From: an uncultured Bacilli bacterium
Lineage (GTDB): Bacteria; Bacillota_I; Bacilli_A; RFN20; CAG-826
Reading direction: 5' to 3'
NCBI GenBank assembly: GCA_944350325.1
Contig: CALVOS010000038.1
Span: forward strand, 1-60,747
DNA: 60,747 bases
Part shown: positions 36,348-45,904 of the stretch, piece by piece
Layout: the number at the start of each line of letters is the position of its first letter
How positions within the stretch are numbered: position 1 is the first letter of the stretch
Notes under the pieces: generated by a model
Databases searched by the model: none
Told to the model about the DNA's origin: nothing
What the model saw: only the letters and a program-made list of their open reading frames with translations
Translations under genes and position numbers: made by a program

Positions 36348-37332
36348 GCTTCTTCCTCCCGAAGATGGCCCCGTAAACCCCGATGGGCAAGAGGAAGGAA
36401 AGGAGGACGCCAAGGAAGGAGAGGAAGAGCGACCAGTCGCCGAACCCATCGAGGAATCCCCCGAGGAACGAGGTCTTTTCCATCACGAAGCCCATGAGGA
36501 AGGCAAGAAGGGACCCCACCGATCCCGCGAGCCCGGAGAGGAGGGAAATCCTCCGGATCCTAATCGGCCCTCTCTCTAGCTTGAGAAGGAGGGACAGGGA
36601 GGAACGGACGCTGTTGAGGAAGACGAGGAGGGTGAGGAAGGCGACCGCGAGGCAAACCCCGGCGATTAGTCCTTCTCCCTCACCGCGGACGAGCGAACAT
36701 GCCCCGAATAAGGAAAGCGAGACGGCAATGAACATGAAGAGCGCCTGGAACAGGTATTCGCCCGCGTTGAGCAAGACGTCCTTCCGGAAAGGCTCCCTTT
36801 CGAGGGATCCCGAGCGGAAGCGGACCCGGTTCTCCGGCATCTTTTTCCTCTCCGCCTCTTCCCCGAGGATGAGGAGAGGGGTCCCGCCGAAGGAGGGATA
36901 TAGGTTCCGGACGAGGTCGAGAAGGGAACGATGCCTTTCCTCAACGATGAAATAGAGGGCGCCCCTTTCCTTCAGGAGGGACATCGTCCCCCGGACCTTC
37001 TCCCGATAGGGAAGGTCTTCGAAGGAAAGGAGTTCCTTCGCGATCCTTGCCCCTTCCTTCTCCCCGACAGGAAGGAGCGCGGAAAGGGATCCCCCTTCCT
37101 GGAAGCGGGCTTCCAGGAGGAAGAGGCACGCATCCCCCGGGCGGGAAAGGTCGTACTCCTTTCCCTCGGCGATGAGCTTTCCTTCCGTCCCCGCGGGAAA
37201 GAGGAAGGAGAGGACGTCCCGTTCCTTCCTCTCCATAGGAAGCAGGCGGTTCGTTCCCGCGGAGATGGAGAAGGAGAAAGTCCCTTCCTCCCCGGGGAAG
37301 CGGATGTCCTGGAAAAAGAGAGGCTCGCTCAT
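36340..37332 (-). CDS. Membrane protein with an N-terminal degenerate ABC-ATPase-like domain (no Walker A) and 4 C-terminal TM helices (330 aa)
   Basis: The N-terminal ~190 aa follow the ABC NBD beta-strand layout (LFFQDIRF..FSFSISAGTNRLL), but PMERKERD stands where GxxGxGKST is expected, and YFIVEERH stands where Walker B hhhhDEP is expected. The C-terminal half is hydrophobic. Confidence 0.5.
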   Translation of the reverse strand: MSEPLFFQDIRFPGEEGTFSFSISAGTNRLLPMERKERDVLSFLFPAGTEGKLIAEGKEYDLSRPGDACLFLLEARFQEGGSLSALLPVGEKEGARIAKELLSFEDLPYREKVRGTMSLLKERGALYFIVEERHRSLLDLVRNLYPSFGGTPLLILGEEAERKKMPENRVRFRSGSLEREPFRKDVLLNAGEYLFQALFMFIAVSLSLFGACSLVRGEGEGLIAGVCLAVAFLTLLVFLNSVRSSLSLLLKLERGPIRIRRISLLSGLAGSVGSLLAFLMGFVMEKTSFLGGFLDGFGDWSLFLSFLGVLLSFLLPIGVYGAIFGRKKHA

Positions 37333-39386
37333 AGGGAGGCGAATCCTTTCTTCTCCCGGTAGCGAAGGAACTTCCTGTCCGTCTTGGCCTCCCTCCTCCT
37401 AAGGAAGAGGAGGAGCCTCCATTCTAGGCGGTTCCAGAGAAGGTAGAAGGGGGAGGAGACGCCGGAAAGGACGTCCAGCATGAAGTAGTAGGAAAGGACG
37501 AGGACGATCCCCATCGTGAGGGAATAGCCACCGAAGCCCTCCCCGGAGAGGGAATAAAGCCAGGGAAGGAAGGCCAAGAGAATCCCTGGGAGGAAATAAA
37601 GGAGAAGGCCCTTCCCGACCTCCTTCGGGGAAGGGGACCATCCGTAGGCGAGGACAACCCCGAGGACGAGGGGAGCGAAGGCCAGCACGAAGGGGGCGTA
37701 CCCCTCGAGGAAGGAAGGAAGCCCGAGGCCGAGGAAGGCCTCCAGGGCCCCAAGGACGAAAAGGCCGATTCCTTTCCAGGGATGCTGCCGGACAAGCGAG
37801 CATCCCAGCGCGAGGAGGAAGGGCGCGAGAAGGATGGCCATCCCCGCGGCGAGGGCGGAAGGAATGTCCCCGAAGAAAAGCCCGGCCAAGTCGTAGGAAG
37901 GCGCGAGGCAATATAGAAGGATGAGGGCCGCAGGCATCAAGACCGCGTAGGCCCCGAGGAACCCCCTAGGCTTCCATGGATGGCCCGGAAGCGCGAGCGC
38001 CTCCTCTTCCGAAAGCTTCCGGTACTCCTCCGTCTCAAGGTGCTCGGAGGTAAGGAGAGGAAGCCCGAGGAGGACATAGAGCATCGCGAAGGTGATGTTC
38101 GGGTTGAGGAAGGAGGAGGCCTCGATGAAGGAACGGGAGAAGAAGCCGAGGTAGATGAGGAGGAGAGGCCAGCCGTAGGGGCTCCTTCTCCTCATCGCCC
38201 GGATGATGAGGACGAAGAAGAACAGCCACATGGCGATGCAAAGCCCGAGGCCGACGATCCCTCCCTTCGCGAGTTCCTCGACGTAGGCGTTGTCGATCGG
38301 GAGGAAGCCCCCATAGAACGCGTAGATCTCGTTCTTCCAGTTGGCGAACCCATAGCCAAGCCACTGTGAGAGGGGGCTCGTCTTCAGCGCGTCCCACGTG
38401 ATCTGGAAGCAATCGAGCCTCGCGTTCCCCGAGCCGTCGATCGAATTGATGAGCTGCTTCAGGCGGCCGAAGGCGATCGCGGGATAAGGCCGGAACCAGT
38501 CGAGCCCCAGCTCGTCGAGGAAGGGAAAGAGGATGAGCGCCGCCATGATGGCAAGGCCGAAGAGAAGGAACATCGTGTTCCGGAAGGGATGCTCCCGGAT
38601 GGAACGGAAGGCGTTCCAGAAGAAGCCGCCGACCAAGACGATCGCGGTCGCCATGATGCTGCTCTTGCTCATGACAAAGAGCTGGAGGAAGGTCAGCCAA
38701 AGCATCAAGGGCCACCTCCACCAGCGGGGCCTCTTGGATTCCAGGAACATCATCGAGGCTACCCCGATGAAGATGGTGAACCCATAGGCGTTCCTGTTGC
38801 GGAAGTAGGCCGAGGGAATCATCACCGTAGCGTGGGTGCCGTCGAAGAAACTCTTGTAGCAGTCGATCTCGACGACGAGGGAGTAGCAGACGGTTATCAG
38901 CGTGAACACGAAGATCAAGGAACAGGCGAAATGATAGAAGTCCATGCCCCGCGCCATCTTCGGGACGAAGGCAAGGAGGTAGTAGAGGGCAAGGGAGACA
39001 TATAGGGACAGCACGCTGTAGCGGATCTGGCCTGAAAGCGTGGGGACGAAGACCGCCTGCCCGTCCTTCACGGGACCCGGGACAAGCCAGATGCCCACAA
39101 TCGAGAGAAGGAAGAAGAGAAGGGCGAGCGAAAGCCACCTCCAGGAAGTCCGTATCCCAAATTTACGGGACCCCACCCACTGGACGGCGACAAGGACGGG
39201 GACGTAGCAGGCGAGGGTCAAGTACAGCGCGGCGTCCGAATAGATCCTCGCCGGATCCCCGAAGTCCATGAAGAGGTTCTCCTCCCCGTAAAGGACTAGG
39301 CTGGCAAGAAGGAAGACGATCAGGAGGAAGGAAAGGAGATACGGCGTCAATCCTCTCCAGTTTTTCCGAAAAACCATCCCTGCCAT
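37329..39386 (-). CDS. Large O-antigen polymerase/ligase-like (Wzy-type) polytopic membrane protein (685 aa)
   Basis: It has many TM spans, a Wzy_C-like segment (FVMSKSSIMATAIVLVGGFFW) and an additional C-terminal ~230-aa multi-TM extension. Confidence 0.65.
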   Translation of the reverse strand: MAGMVFRKNWRGLTPYLLSFLLIVFLLASLVLYGEENLFMDFGDPARIYSDAALYLTLACYVPVLVAVQWVGSRKFGIRTSWRWLSLALLFFLLSIVGIWLVPGPVKDGQAVFVPTLSGQIRYSVLSLYVSLALYYLLAFVPKMARGMDFYHFACSLIFVFTLITVCYSLVVEIDCYKSFFDGTHATVMIPSAYFRNRNAYGFTIFIGVASMMFLESKRPRWWRWPLMLWLTFLQLFVMSKSSIMATAIVLVGGFFWNAFRSIREHPFRNTMFLLFGLAIMAALILFPFLDELGLDWFRPYPAIAFGRLKQLINSIDGSGNARLDCFQITWDALKTSPLSQWLGYGFANWKNEIYAFYGGFLPIDNAYVEELAKGGIVGLGLCIAMWLFFFVLIIRAMRRRSPYGWPLLLIYLGFFSRSFIEASSFLNPNITFAMLYVLLGLPLLTSEHLETEEYRKLSEEEALALPGHPWKPRGFLGAYAVLMPAALILLYCLAPSYDLAGLFFGDIPSALAAGMAILLAPFLLALGCSLVRQHPWKGIGLFVLGALEAFLGLGLPSFLEGYAPFVLAFAPLVLGVVLAYGWSPSPKEVGKGLLLYFLPGILLAFLPWLYSLSGEGFGGYSLTMGIVLVLSYYFMLDVLSGVSSPFYLLWNRLEWRLLLFLRRREAKTDRKFLRYREKKGFASL

Positions 39387-39431
39387 ATTGCCAAGCGAAG
39401 GGATTTTACAACACCGGAAGCCAGAGGCTTA

Positions 39432-40371
39432 CTACTCCTGAGGGAGCGAGAGCATCTCCCCGAACCGGAAATCCAAGGACGAAGGGAAGAAGGCGCCCAG
39501 GCCAGACTGCGGGAAAAACGTCAGTTCAGTGATAAAAATACCTTCTTGGACAACAAGGAAATCCACGCGAACTTCGAGAAATCTGCTCGAGACAAGCTCC
39601 GCGTTATTTTTCATTTCGCGAAGGATTGGAAGGGTGATCCTTTTGGAGAAATCCTTATCTTCTGCTAGGCAGTTTCGACTTCATGCCGGCGATTGGCCGA
39701 AGGTTTTCATCAAACAGATTGTTCCGGAGGTCATGCAGTCTCCCGATGCATTCAATGCCAAAAAGGACCCGGCCATCTGCACAGGAAAATTTATAGTCAA
39801 CGAGATCTCCGAACGAGGGATGCGGATGCAGCAGCTTCTCCGCATATACCCGAGGGACGATGTTGTCGTACACCCATTCCCCGTTCCTCTGCTCCTCGGA
39901 GTAACGACGGCCCATGCTCTTCCGGAGCTTCTCGAGGACCGAGCCGAAATCCGTCTCGCCTTTCTTGCAAAGGAACACGGACCCGCAGTCATGGGTGGTC
40001 TTCAGGACGAACTCGTCCGGGAGCGATTCCAGGTCTATCTCATCGACGGAATCCCAGGCGCCATAGACCGGGACGACATACTTCCCAAGCCCGATCTCCT
40101 CAAGGAACCTCTTGCACTCCAGCTTGTCGGCGACCCTTTCCCAGAGGGGATCCCGGTAATGGAACTTGAGCCACGAGATTTTCTCGTTGAACGAGCGAGG
40201 ATGCTCAAGGTCGAAGGGGTAGCCGCAGACAAGGGCCCCGATCCGGTTCGCGCGAGCGATGGGGTCCAGGCGATCCAAGGATCCATCCTTCCTTTCCTTC
40301 CTTAGCCGAAGAATCCGGAAAAGGGAGTGGGATTTGGCAAGAAAACGCAGTCGAGAGAGTTTCTTCTCCAT
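39432..40371 (-). pseudogene. TupA-like ATP-grasp amidoligase gene, interrupted by a frameshift
   Basis: The upstream ORF (40371-39655) carries FNEKISWLKFHYRDPLWERVADK...FVLKTTHDCGSVF...DYKF. The family C-terminus (RVDFLVVQEGIFITELTFFPQSGL) lies in ORF 39614-39432. The second frame stays open back to about 39670 (AEDKDFSKRITLPILREMKNN), so a single indel near 39655-39675 splits the gene. Confidence 0.7.
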
Positions 40372-41273
40372 CACTTCTCCAGGAACGCGCGGATATCCTC
40401 CATGACCTTGAGGCGGCCCTCCCCTTCGTTGAGGATCTCGTGCCGCATCCCTTCGTAGAGGATCGTGGTGACATCCTTCACCCCGTGGCCCTTGTACATC
40501 TTCTCGAGGAGAAGGACGCCCTTGCCGAACCTGCCGACAGGGTCACCCTCCCCCGCGACAAGAAGAAGGGGGGTGTCCGGATCGAGGTTCTTCAAGGCCT
40601 TCTCGTCCCAAAGGTGAGCCATCCCCTTGAGGAACACCTTCCAGAAGCCGTTCGTGTTCGTGGCCCCGCAGTAAGGATCCGCGTTATAGCGGGCGACGTT
40701 CTCCTTGTCCTCGCTCAGCCAGTCGTTCCGGTCCTCCCTCCCTGGGATCGACCTCTCGTAGGCGCCGATCGAAAGGCGCTGCAGGAGGCGCGAGGGCTTG
40801 TCCCAGTTCCATTTGTCGACGAAGAGGCAGGCGACGAAATAGCCCATCTTCATCAGGGCCTTGTCCGGTCCGTTGGAACCCATCAGGACGACCTTGTCCG
40901 CGAGCCCCGGATATTTCGTGAGGAAGCGCTGGCTCATGAAGGAGCCCATCGAGTGGCCCATGAGGAAGGTCGGGAGGCCGTTCTCCTTCAGCTCCTTGAT
41001 CCTGAGCGCGAGAGCGTCGACGTTGTCCTCGAAGGCGGTCTCGTGCCAGCGCTGGAGGAGCGAGGGGTCCTCAACGTTCAGCCCTTGCCCAAAGGCGTCC
41101 ATCACCGAGACATCGAACCCCTTCTTGTTCAGGAACGTCGCGAACTCCTCGTAGCGCCCCCCGTGCTCACACATGCCGGTCTGGATCAGAAGGTTGAAGC
41201 GGGGATGCTCCGCGGGAAAGCGCCTCCCCTTGATGAGGATCCCTTCCCTCAGGTTGATCTCGAAAAGTTCCAT
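40371..41273 (-). CDS. Alpha/beta hydrolase (lysophospholipase / monoacylglycerol-lipase-like)
   Basis: The GHSMGS nucleophile elbow is present, and the HGGRYEEF segment is typical of this family. The start was moved to the ATG at 41273, directly after the galE stop. Confidence 0.85.
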   Translation of the reverse strand: MELFEINLREGILIKGRRFPAEHPRFNLLIQTGMCEHGGRYEEFATFLNKKGFDVSVMDAFGQGLNVEDPSLLQRWHETAFEDNVDALALRIKELKENGLPTFLMGHSMGSFMSQRFLTKYPGLADKVVLMGSNGPDKALMKMGYFVACLFVDKWNWDKPSRLLQRLSIGAYERSIPGREDRNDWLSEDKENVARYNADPYCGATNTNGFWKVFLKGMAHLWDEKALKNLDPDTPLLLVAGEGDPVGRFGKGVLLLEKMYKGHGVKDVTTILYEGMRHEILNEGEGRLKVMEDIRAFLEK

Positions 41274-41274
41274 C

Positions 41275-42291
41275 CTATTTCTCCTCCTTAAGCACCTTCG
41301 TCGCGAAGCGGTAGGCGTCCCTGGCGGCGTCCTCGAGCGAAAGGCGGGCCTTCCAGCCAAGCTCCTCCTCGGCCCTGGAGGGATCCGCATAGCTCATCGC
41401 GATGTCCCCCGGCCTCCTCCCCGCGATCGTATAGGGGATCTTCCTTCCCGTCGCCTTCTCGTAGGCACGGATAACGGAAAGCACGCTCGTCCCCCGTCCC
41501 GTCCCCAGGTTGAAGACATGGAAGCCCGGGCCCTTGGAATGGGAGAGCGCCGCGACATGCCCTTCCGCAAGGTCCACCACGTGGAGGTAGTCCCGGATGC
41601 AGGTCCCGTCCTCCGTCTCGTAGTCGTCGCCGTAGATGGCGATTCCCGGACGGAGCCCGAGGGCGACCTGGTTGATGATCGGGAAGAGGTTGTTCGGGAT
41701 CCCGTTCGGATCCTCCCCGAGAAGGCCGGAGGGATCGGCTCCCACCGGGTTGAAGTAACGAAGCGAGACGACCTCCGTCTCCGGATGGGCGATGACGTAG
41801 TCGCGGAGCATCCTCTCGTTCATGACCTTCGTCTCCCCGTAGGGATTCGTCGCCTCCCTCACCGGGGAATCCTCGCGGAAGGGCAGGTCTTCGGAATCCC
41901 CGTAGACGGTCGCCGAGCTGGAGAAGAGGATCCGAGAGACCCCATGCCTCTCCATCTCGCGGAGGACGGACAGGGTGCACCCGAGGTTGTTCTCGTAGTA
42001 GAGGACGGGCTTCCCGACGGACTCCCCGACCGCCTTGAGGGCGGCAAAGTGGAGAACTGCCTCGAAGGCGTGCTTCTGGAAGATCCTCTCCATGAGGGAC
42101 TCGTCCCTCACGTCCCCCTGGTAGAAGGGAATCTTCCTTCCGGAGAGAGACTCCAGCGCGCCGAGGTTCCGGATCTTGGAGTTGACGAGGCTATCGACGA
42201 TGACGGGGTCGTAGCCTTCCTTCATGAGGGCGAGGGTCGTCTCGGCCCCGATGAAGCCGAGCCCTCCGGTGACAAGGACTTCCTTTCCCAT
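41275..42291 (-). CDS. galE: UDP-glucose 4-epimerase
   Basis: MGKEVLVTGGLGFIGAETT and YGETK are present, with full-length resemblance. Confidence 0.94.
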   Translation of the reverse strand: MGKEVLVTGGLGFIGAETTLALMKEGYDPVIVDSLVNSKIRNLGALESLSGRKIPFYQGDVRDESLMERIFQKHAFEAVLHFAALKAVGESVGKPVLYYENNLGCTLSVLREMERHGVSRILFSSSATVYGDSEDLPFREDSPVREATNPYGETKVMNERMLRDYVIAHPETEVVSLRYFNPVGADPSGLLGEDPNGIPNNLFPIINQVALGLRPGIAIYGDDYETEDGTCIRDYLHVVDLAEGHVAALSHSKGPGFHVFNLGTGRGTSVLSVIRAYEKATGRKIPYTIAGRRPGDIAMSYADPSRAEEELGWKARLSLEDAARDAYRFATKVLKEEK

Positions 42292-43005
42292 CTACCTCCT
42301 TTCCGAGAGGCGCTTCGCCTCCCTTTCCGTGAGGCGTTCCTCCTCCTTCTCCTCCTCGCCCTCGGCCTTCTTCACGAACAGGGCGTCGAAGGTGGAGCCT
42401 TCCCCCAGGGAGGAGATCATCGCCCGGGCGAGCGTCTGGTCGATCGAGGAGCGGACGGCAAGCCGGATCGCGAGGAGGGCGATCCTCCCGTAGGCGTCGC
42501 GGAAGGCCTGCTCCCTCTCCTCGCCTTCCGGAGCGAGGGACGCCTTCTGGAGCACTTCCCTCGTCTTGTCCTGGAGGCTCGAGGTCCTTTCCGCGATGAA
42601 GTCGGAAAGAAGGGTGCGGTAGAAGCCGTAGACCTCCTCCTTCCCCTTCCCCAGGGCCCCTTCCATCTCGAGGAGGCGCCCGATCTCCGTCATCGAGAGG
42701 GAGCGCTTCAGCACGGCGATCGCCATGAGGTAGCCGAGCTGCTCCTTCCCGTAGCGCTTTCCTTCCGGCTCCTTGATGATGCGGGCCTTCACGTAGTTAT
42801 TGACCATGAAGGAGGTGATCGTCTGGCCGTTCCCTTCCCCCAGGGGGCGGAGGACGTTGTTCACGTACTCAAGGACCTGCTCCATGTAAAGGCGCACGGG
42901 CGGGAGCTCCCGATAGGGCGGGAGCTCAAAGTCCGAAAGGGACTCCAGGTAGGAAAGGAGACCTTCGATCCCGGAAAGGGTCAGCTCCGTCTTTTCCTCT
43001 TCCAT
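42292..43005 (-). CDS. DUF1836-like protein (237 aa)
   Basis: LPPVRLYMEQVLEYVN...TSFMVNNYVKARIIKEP..KRYGKEQLGYL matches my recollection of the DUF1836 signature (DLYMDQV...T..MINNYVK...KKY). Function is unknown. Confidence 0.6.
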   Translation of the reverse strand: MEEEKTELTLSGIEGLLSYLESLSDFELPPYRELPPVRLYMEQVLEYVNNVLRPLGEGNGQTITSFMVNNYVKARIIKEPEGKRYGKEQLGYLMAIAVLKRSLSMTEIGRLLEMEGALGKGKEEVYGFYRTLLSDFIAERTSSLQDKTREVLQKASLAPEGEEREQAFRDAYGRIALLAIRLAVRSSIDQTLARAMISSLGEGSTFDALFVKKAEGEEEKEEERLTEREAKRLSERR

Positions 43006-43007
43006 CC

Positions 43008-44438
43008 CTACTCCTCCTTGCCGATCCTCTCGCGGATCATCTCGCTCAGCCTCGCGGGGTTCGCCTTCCCGCGGCTCAGCTTCATCCCCTGGCCGACGAG
43101 GAAGCCCAGGGCCCTGTCCTTCCCGTTTAGGAAGTCTTGGACCGACTGGGCGTTCTCCGAGAGGACCTTCTCGACGATCCCGAGAAGGAAGCCTTCGTCA
43201 GAGACCTGGGGCTTGAGGCCGAGCCTTTCCACGGCCTCCTTGGGCGAGATCCCCTGCTCGAAGGAAAGGGCGAGCGCCTCGGCGGCCTGCTTGTGCTGGA
43301 AGCCCCCCTCGTCCTGGAGGAGGACCGCCTCCCCCATCCATTCGGGGGGAAGAGGGAAGGAATCCCAAGAAAGCCCCGCCTTGTTGAGGTGCTGGTTCCC
43401 TTCCCCGAGAAGGAAGTTCGCGAGGCTCTTGGGGTACTTGGTGAAGGAAAGCGCCTTGTCGAAGTAGAGCGCCATCCCTTTGTCCTGGAGGATGACCTCG
43501 GCGTCCTTCTCCGTCAATCCGAGGGCGATGTAGCGCGCCCTCTTGGACTCATAAAGCTCCGGGCAAGTCTCCACCGCCTCCCTCACGAACTCCTCCGAGA
43601 GGGCGATCGGGGCGATGTTGGGCTCCGGGAAGTACTTGTAGTCCACGGCGTCCGTCTTCAGGCGCATCAGGACCGTCCGCCCCTTCCCCTCGTCGTAGCG
43701 CCTCGTCTCCTGCCGAACCTCCTTCCCCATGAGGAGGAGACCGGCCTGGCGATCGATCTCGTAGTCGAGGGCGAGCTCGATGTTCTTGATCGAGTTCAGG
43801 TTCTTGATCTCGACCTTCGTGCCAAACCCCTCCGTCCCATAGGGGCGGATCGAGACGTTCACGTCGACGCGGAGGGAGCCCTCCTCCATCTTCCCGTCCG
43901 AGATGCCCGCGTAGAGGACGATGTTGCGGATGCCCTCGACATAGAGCCTCGCCTCCTCCCCCGTGCGAATCTCCGGGAGGGAGACGATCTCGACGAGGGG
44001 CACCCCGGCGCGGTTATAGTCCAGGAGCGAGCAGTCCGGGAAATGGAGCTGCTTCGCGGTGTCCTCCTCGAGGTGAATCCTCTCGATCCCGATTCTCCTC
44101 TCACCCCTCGAGGTGCGGATGAGGAGGGAGCCGTTCCTTCCGATCGGATGGAACTGCTGGGTGATCTGGAAGCCTTTCGGGAGGTCGCTGTAGAAATAGT
44201 TCTTCCGGTCGAAGCGGACCAGGGGGTCGATTTCCATCCCGAGGGCGTGGGCGAGGCGGATCCCGTTCCGGACCGCCTCCTCGTTCACCGTGGGCATCGT
44301 CCCGGGGAAGGCGAGGTCGAAGGGGGCGAGCTCGGTGTTCGGCTCCTTCCCATAGGTCACGGGCGCGGAACTGAACATCTTGCTCCGCGTCCTCATCTCG
44401 ACATGGATCTCGAGCCCGATGACCGCCTCGAAGTTCAT
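43008..44438 (-). CDS. gatB: Asp/Glu-tRNA(Asn/Gln) amidotransferase subunit B
   Basis: MNFEAVIGLEIHVEMRTRSKMFS is present, with full-length resemblance to GatB. Confidence 0.96.
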   Translation of the reverse strand: MNFEAVIGLEIHVEMRTRSKMFSSAPVTYGKEPNTELAPFDLAFPGTMPTVNEEAVRNGIRLAHALGMEIDPLVRFDRKNYFYSDLPKGFQITQQFHPIGRNGSLLIRTSRGERRIGIERIHLEEDTAKQLHFPDCSLLDYNRAGVPLVEIVSLPEIRTGEEARLYVEGIRNIVLYAGISDGKMEEGSLRVDVNVSIRPYGTEGFGTKVEIKNLNSIKNIELALDYEIDRQAGLLLMGKEVRQETRRYDEGKGRTVLMRLKTDAVDYKYFPEPNIAPIALSEEFVREAVETCPELYESKRARYIALGLTEKDAEVILQDKGMALYFDKALSFTKYPKSLANFLLGEGNQHLNKAGLSWDSFPLPPEWMGEAVLLQDEGGFQHKQAAEALALSFEQGISPKEAVERLGLKPQVSDEGFLLGIVEKVLSENAQSVQDFLNGKDRALGFLVGQGMKLSRGKANPARLSEMIRERIGKEE

Positions 44439-45904
44439 AGTCTCCCCTCCTTCCTCTCCCGGACGGAAAGATTCCTGAGCCCCGTCTCTTCCTCGACGAG
44501 CGCGGACATCCGGAAGAGCCTCCGCTCGTCGAAGGCGCGCCCGGTGAGGTTGACCCCCAGGGGGAGCCCTTCCTCGAAGGAGAGGGGCAAGGTGATCGAT
44601 GGAAGCCCGGCGAAGTTCCCGAGCGCGAGATGGTTGTCCGCGATGAGGTAGGCGTCCGAGAGGCGGTCGCCTTGCTCATCAAAGAGGGGCGCCGCTCCGG
44701 GGGAGGCGGGGGTCAGGAAGAAATCGCACTCGGTGAGGATCTCGCCGATCCTCGCCACGATCTTGGCGCGATTCCTCTGGGCGCGGAGGAAGAGCTCCTC
44801 CTGGTTCTCCCTCATGAGGGAGTAGGAGCCGATGACGAAGCGCCTCTTGATGAGCTTCCCGAAGCCCTGGGTCCTCGCTCTCAGCATGACCTCCTCGTAG
44901 GTGCTTCCTCCTGGATAGGGCCCGAACTTGATGCCGTCGAGGTTCGCGTCGTTGCTCGTCGCCTCGGCGCAGGAGATGACGAAGTAGGTGATGTAGATGG
45001 AACGGAGCATCTCCTCCCCGAAGCGGACGTGGCGGACCTCCACGCCCCTTTCCTCAAGCCGGGAAAGAAGCTTTCCGGCATCCTTCGCGATCTTCCTCTC
45101 AGGGATCGTGCCCATGAGGTCGTCAAGAACGGCGACCTTCATCCCTTCAAGCGAAATATCCTGGTACTTCGCGTATGAATCGACGGATTTATCAGAAGAG
45201 GTGGCGTCCTTCTCGTCTCTTCCCGCAAGAGCCTCGAGAAGAATCGCCGCATCGTCCACAGACCTTGTGAAGTAACCGACCGCGTCAAGGGAGGGAGCGA
45301 ACGGGAAAAGCCCGAAGCGGCTGATCCTTCCCCAGGTGGGCTTGATGCCGACGAGCCCCGCGTAGCCAGCGGGCTTCCTCACGGAGTCCCCGGTGTCTGA
45401 GCCTAGGGCGAAGGGGACGGCGCCTGCGGCGACGAGCGCGGCCGACCCGCAGGAGGATCCTCCTACCATCCGATGGTGGCTCTCGTCCCAGGGGTTATAG
45501 GTCTTCCCCAGGTGCCCGCTCGTTCCGGTCCCGCCCATCGCGAGCTCATCGAGGGTCGTCTTCCCAAGAAGGACGGCGCCCCTCTCCTTGAGACGCCGGA
45601 TCACCTCCGCGTCGAAGACAGGGACATAGCCCTTCAGGATGTTGGAGGAGGCAGTGGTCTCCACGCCCTTCGTGGAGAAGTTGTCCTTCGCGAAATAAGG
45701 GACCCCCCATAGGAGGTTGTCCCTCTCGCATTCCCCAAGGGACGAGGCGAAGGAAAGGGCCTCCTCGTAGCAGGTCGCTTCAAGGGCGTTGTCCTGATTC
45801 TCCTTCGCGCGACGGATCGCCTCCTCAGCGACCTCGCGCGGGGTCGTCTCCCCCCTCAGATAGGCTTCGTGGAGGCCGCGGATCCCAAGATCGAGATAGC
45901 CCAT
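44435..45904 (-). CDS. gatA: Glu-tRNA(Gln) amidotransferase subunit A
   Basis: The amidase signature GGSSCGSAALVAAG is present. The start was moved to the ATG at 45904, in an ATGA overlap with the gatC stop. Confidence 0.96.
   Translation of the reverse strand: MGYLDLGIRGLHEAYLRGETTPREVAEEAIRRAKENQDNALEATCYEEALSFASSLGECERDNLLWGVPYFAKDNFSTKGVETTASSNILKGYVPVFDAEVIRRLKERGAVLLGKTTLDELAMGGTGTSGHLGKTYNPWDESHHRMVGGSSCGSAALVAAGAVPFALGSDTGDSVRKPAGYAGLVGIKPTWGRISRFGLFPFAPSLDAVGYFTRSVDDAAILLEALAGRDEKDATSSDKSVDSYAKYQDISLEGMKVAVLDDLMGTIPERKIAKDAGKLLSRLEERGVEVRHVRFGEEMLRSIYITYFVISCAEATSNDANLDGIKFGPYPGGSTYEEVMLRARTQGFGKLIKRRFVIGSYSLMRENQEELFLRAQRNRAKIVARIGEILTECDFFLTPASPGAAPLFDEQGDRLSDAYLIADNHLALGNFAGLPSITLPLSFEEGLPLGVNLTGRAFDERRLFRMSALVEEETGLRNLSVRERKEGRL

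Noticed and set aside
41173-43467. 764-aa plus-strand ORF
   Set aside because: It is antisense to galE, the DUF1836-like gene and gatB, all of which have strong motif support. Its product is Arg/Pro/Gly/Leu-rich low-complexity sequence, typical of the antisense frames of GC3-rich genes.
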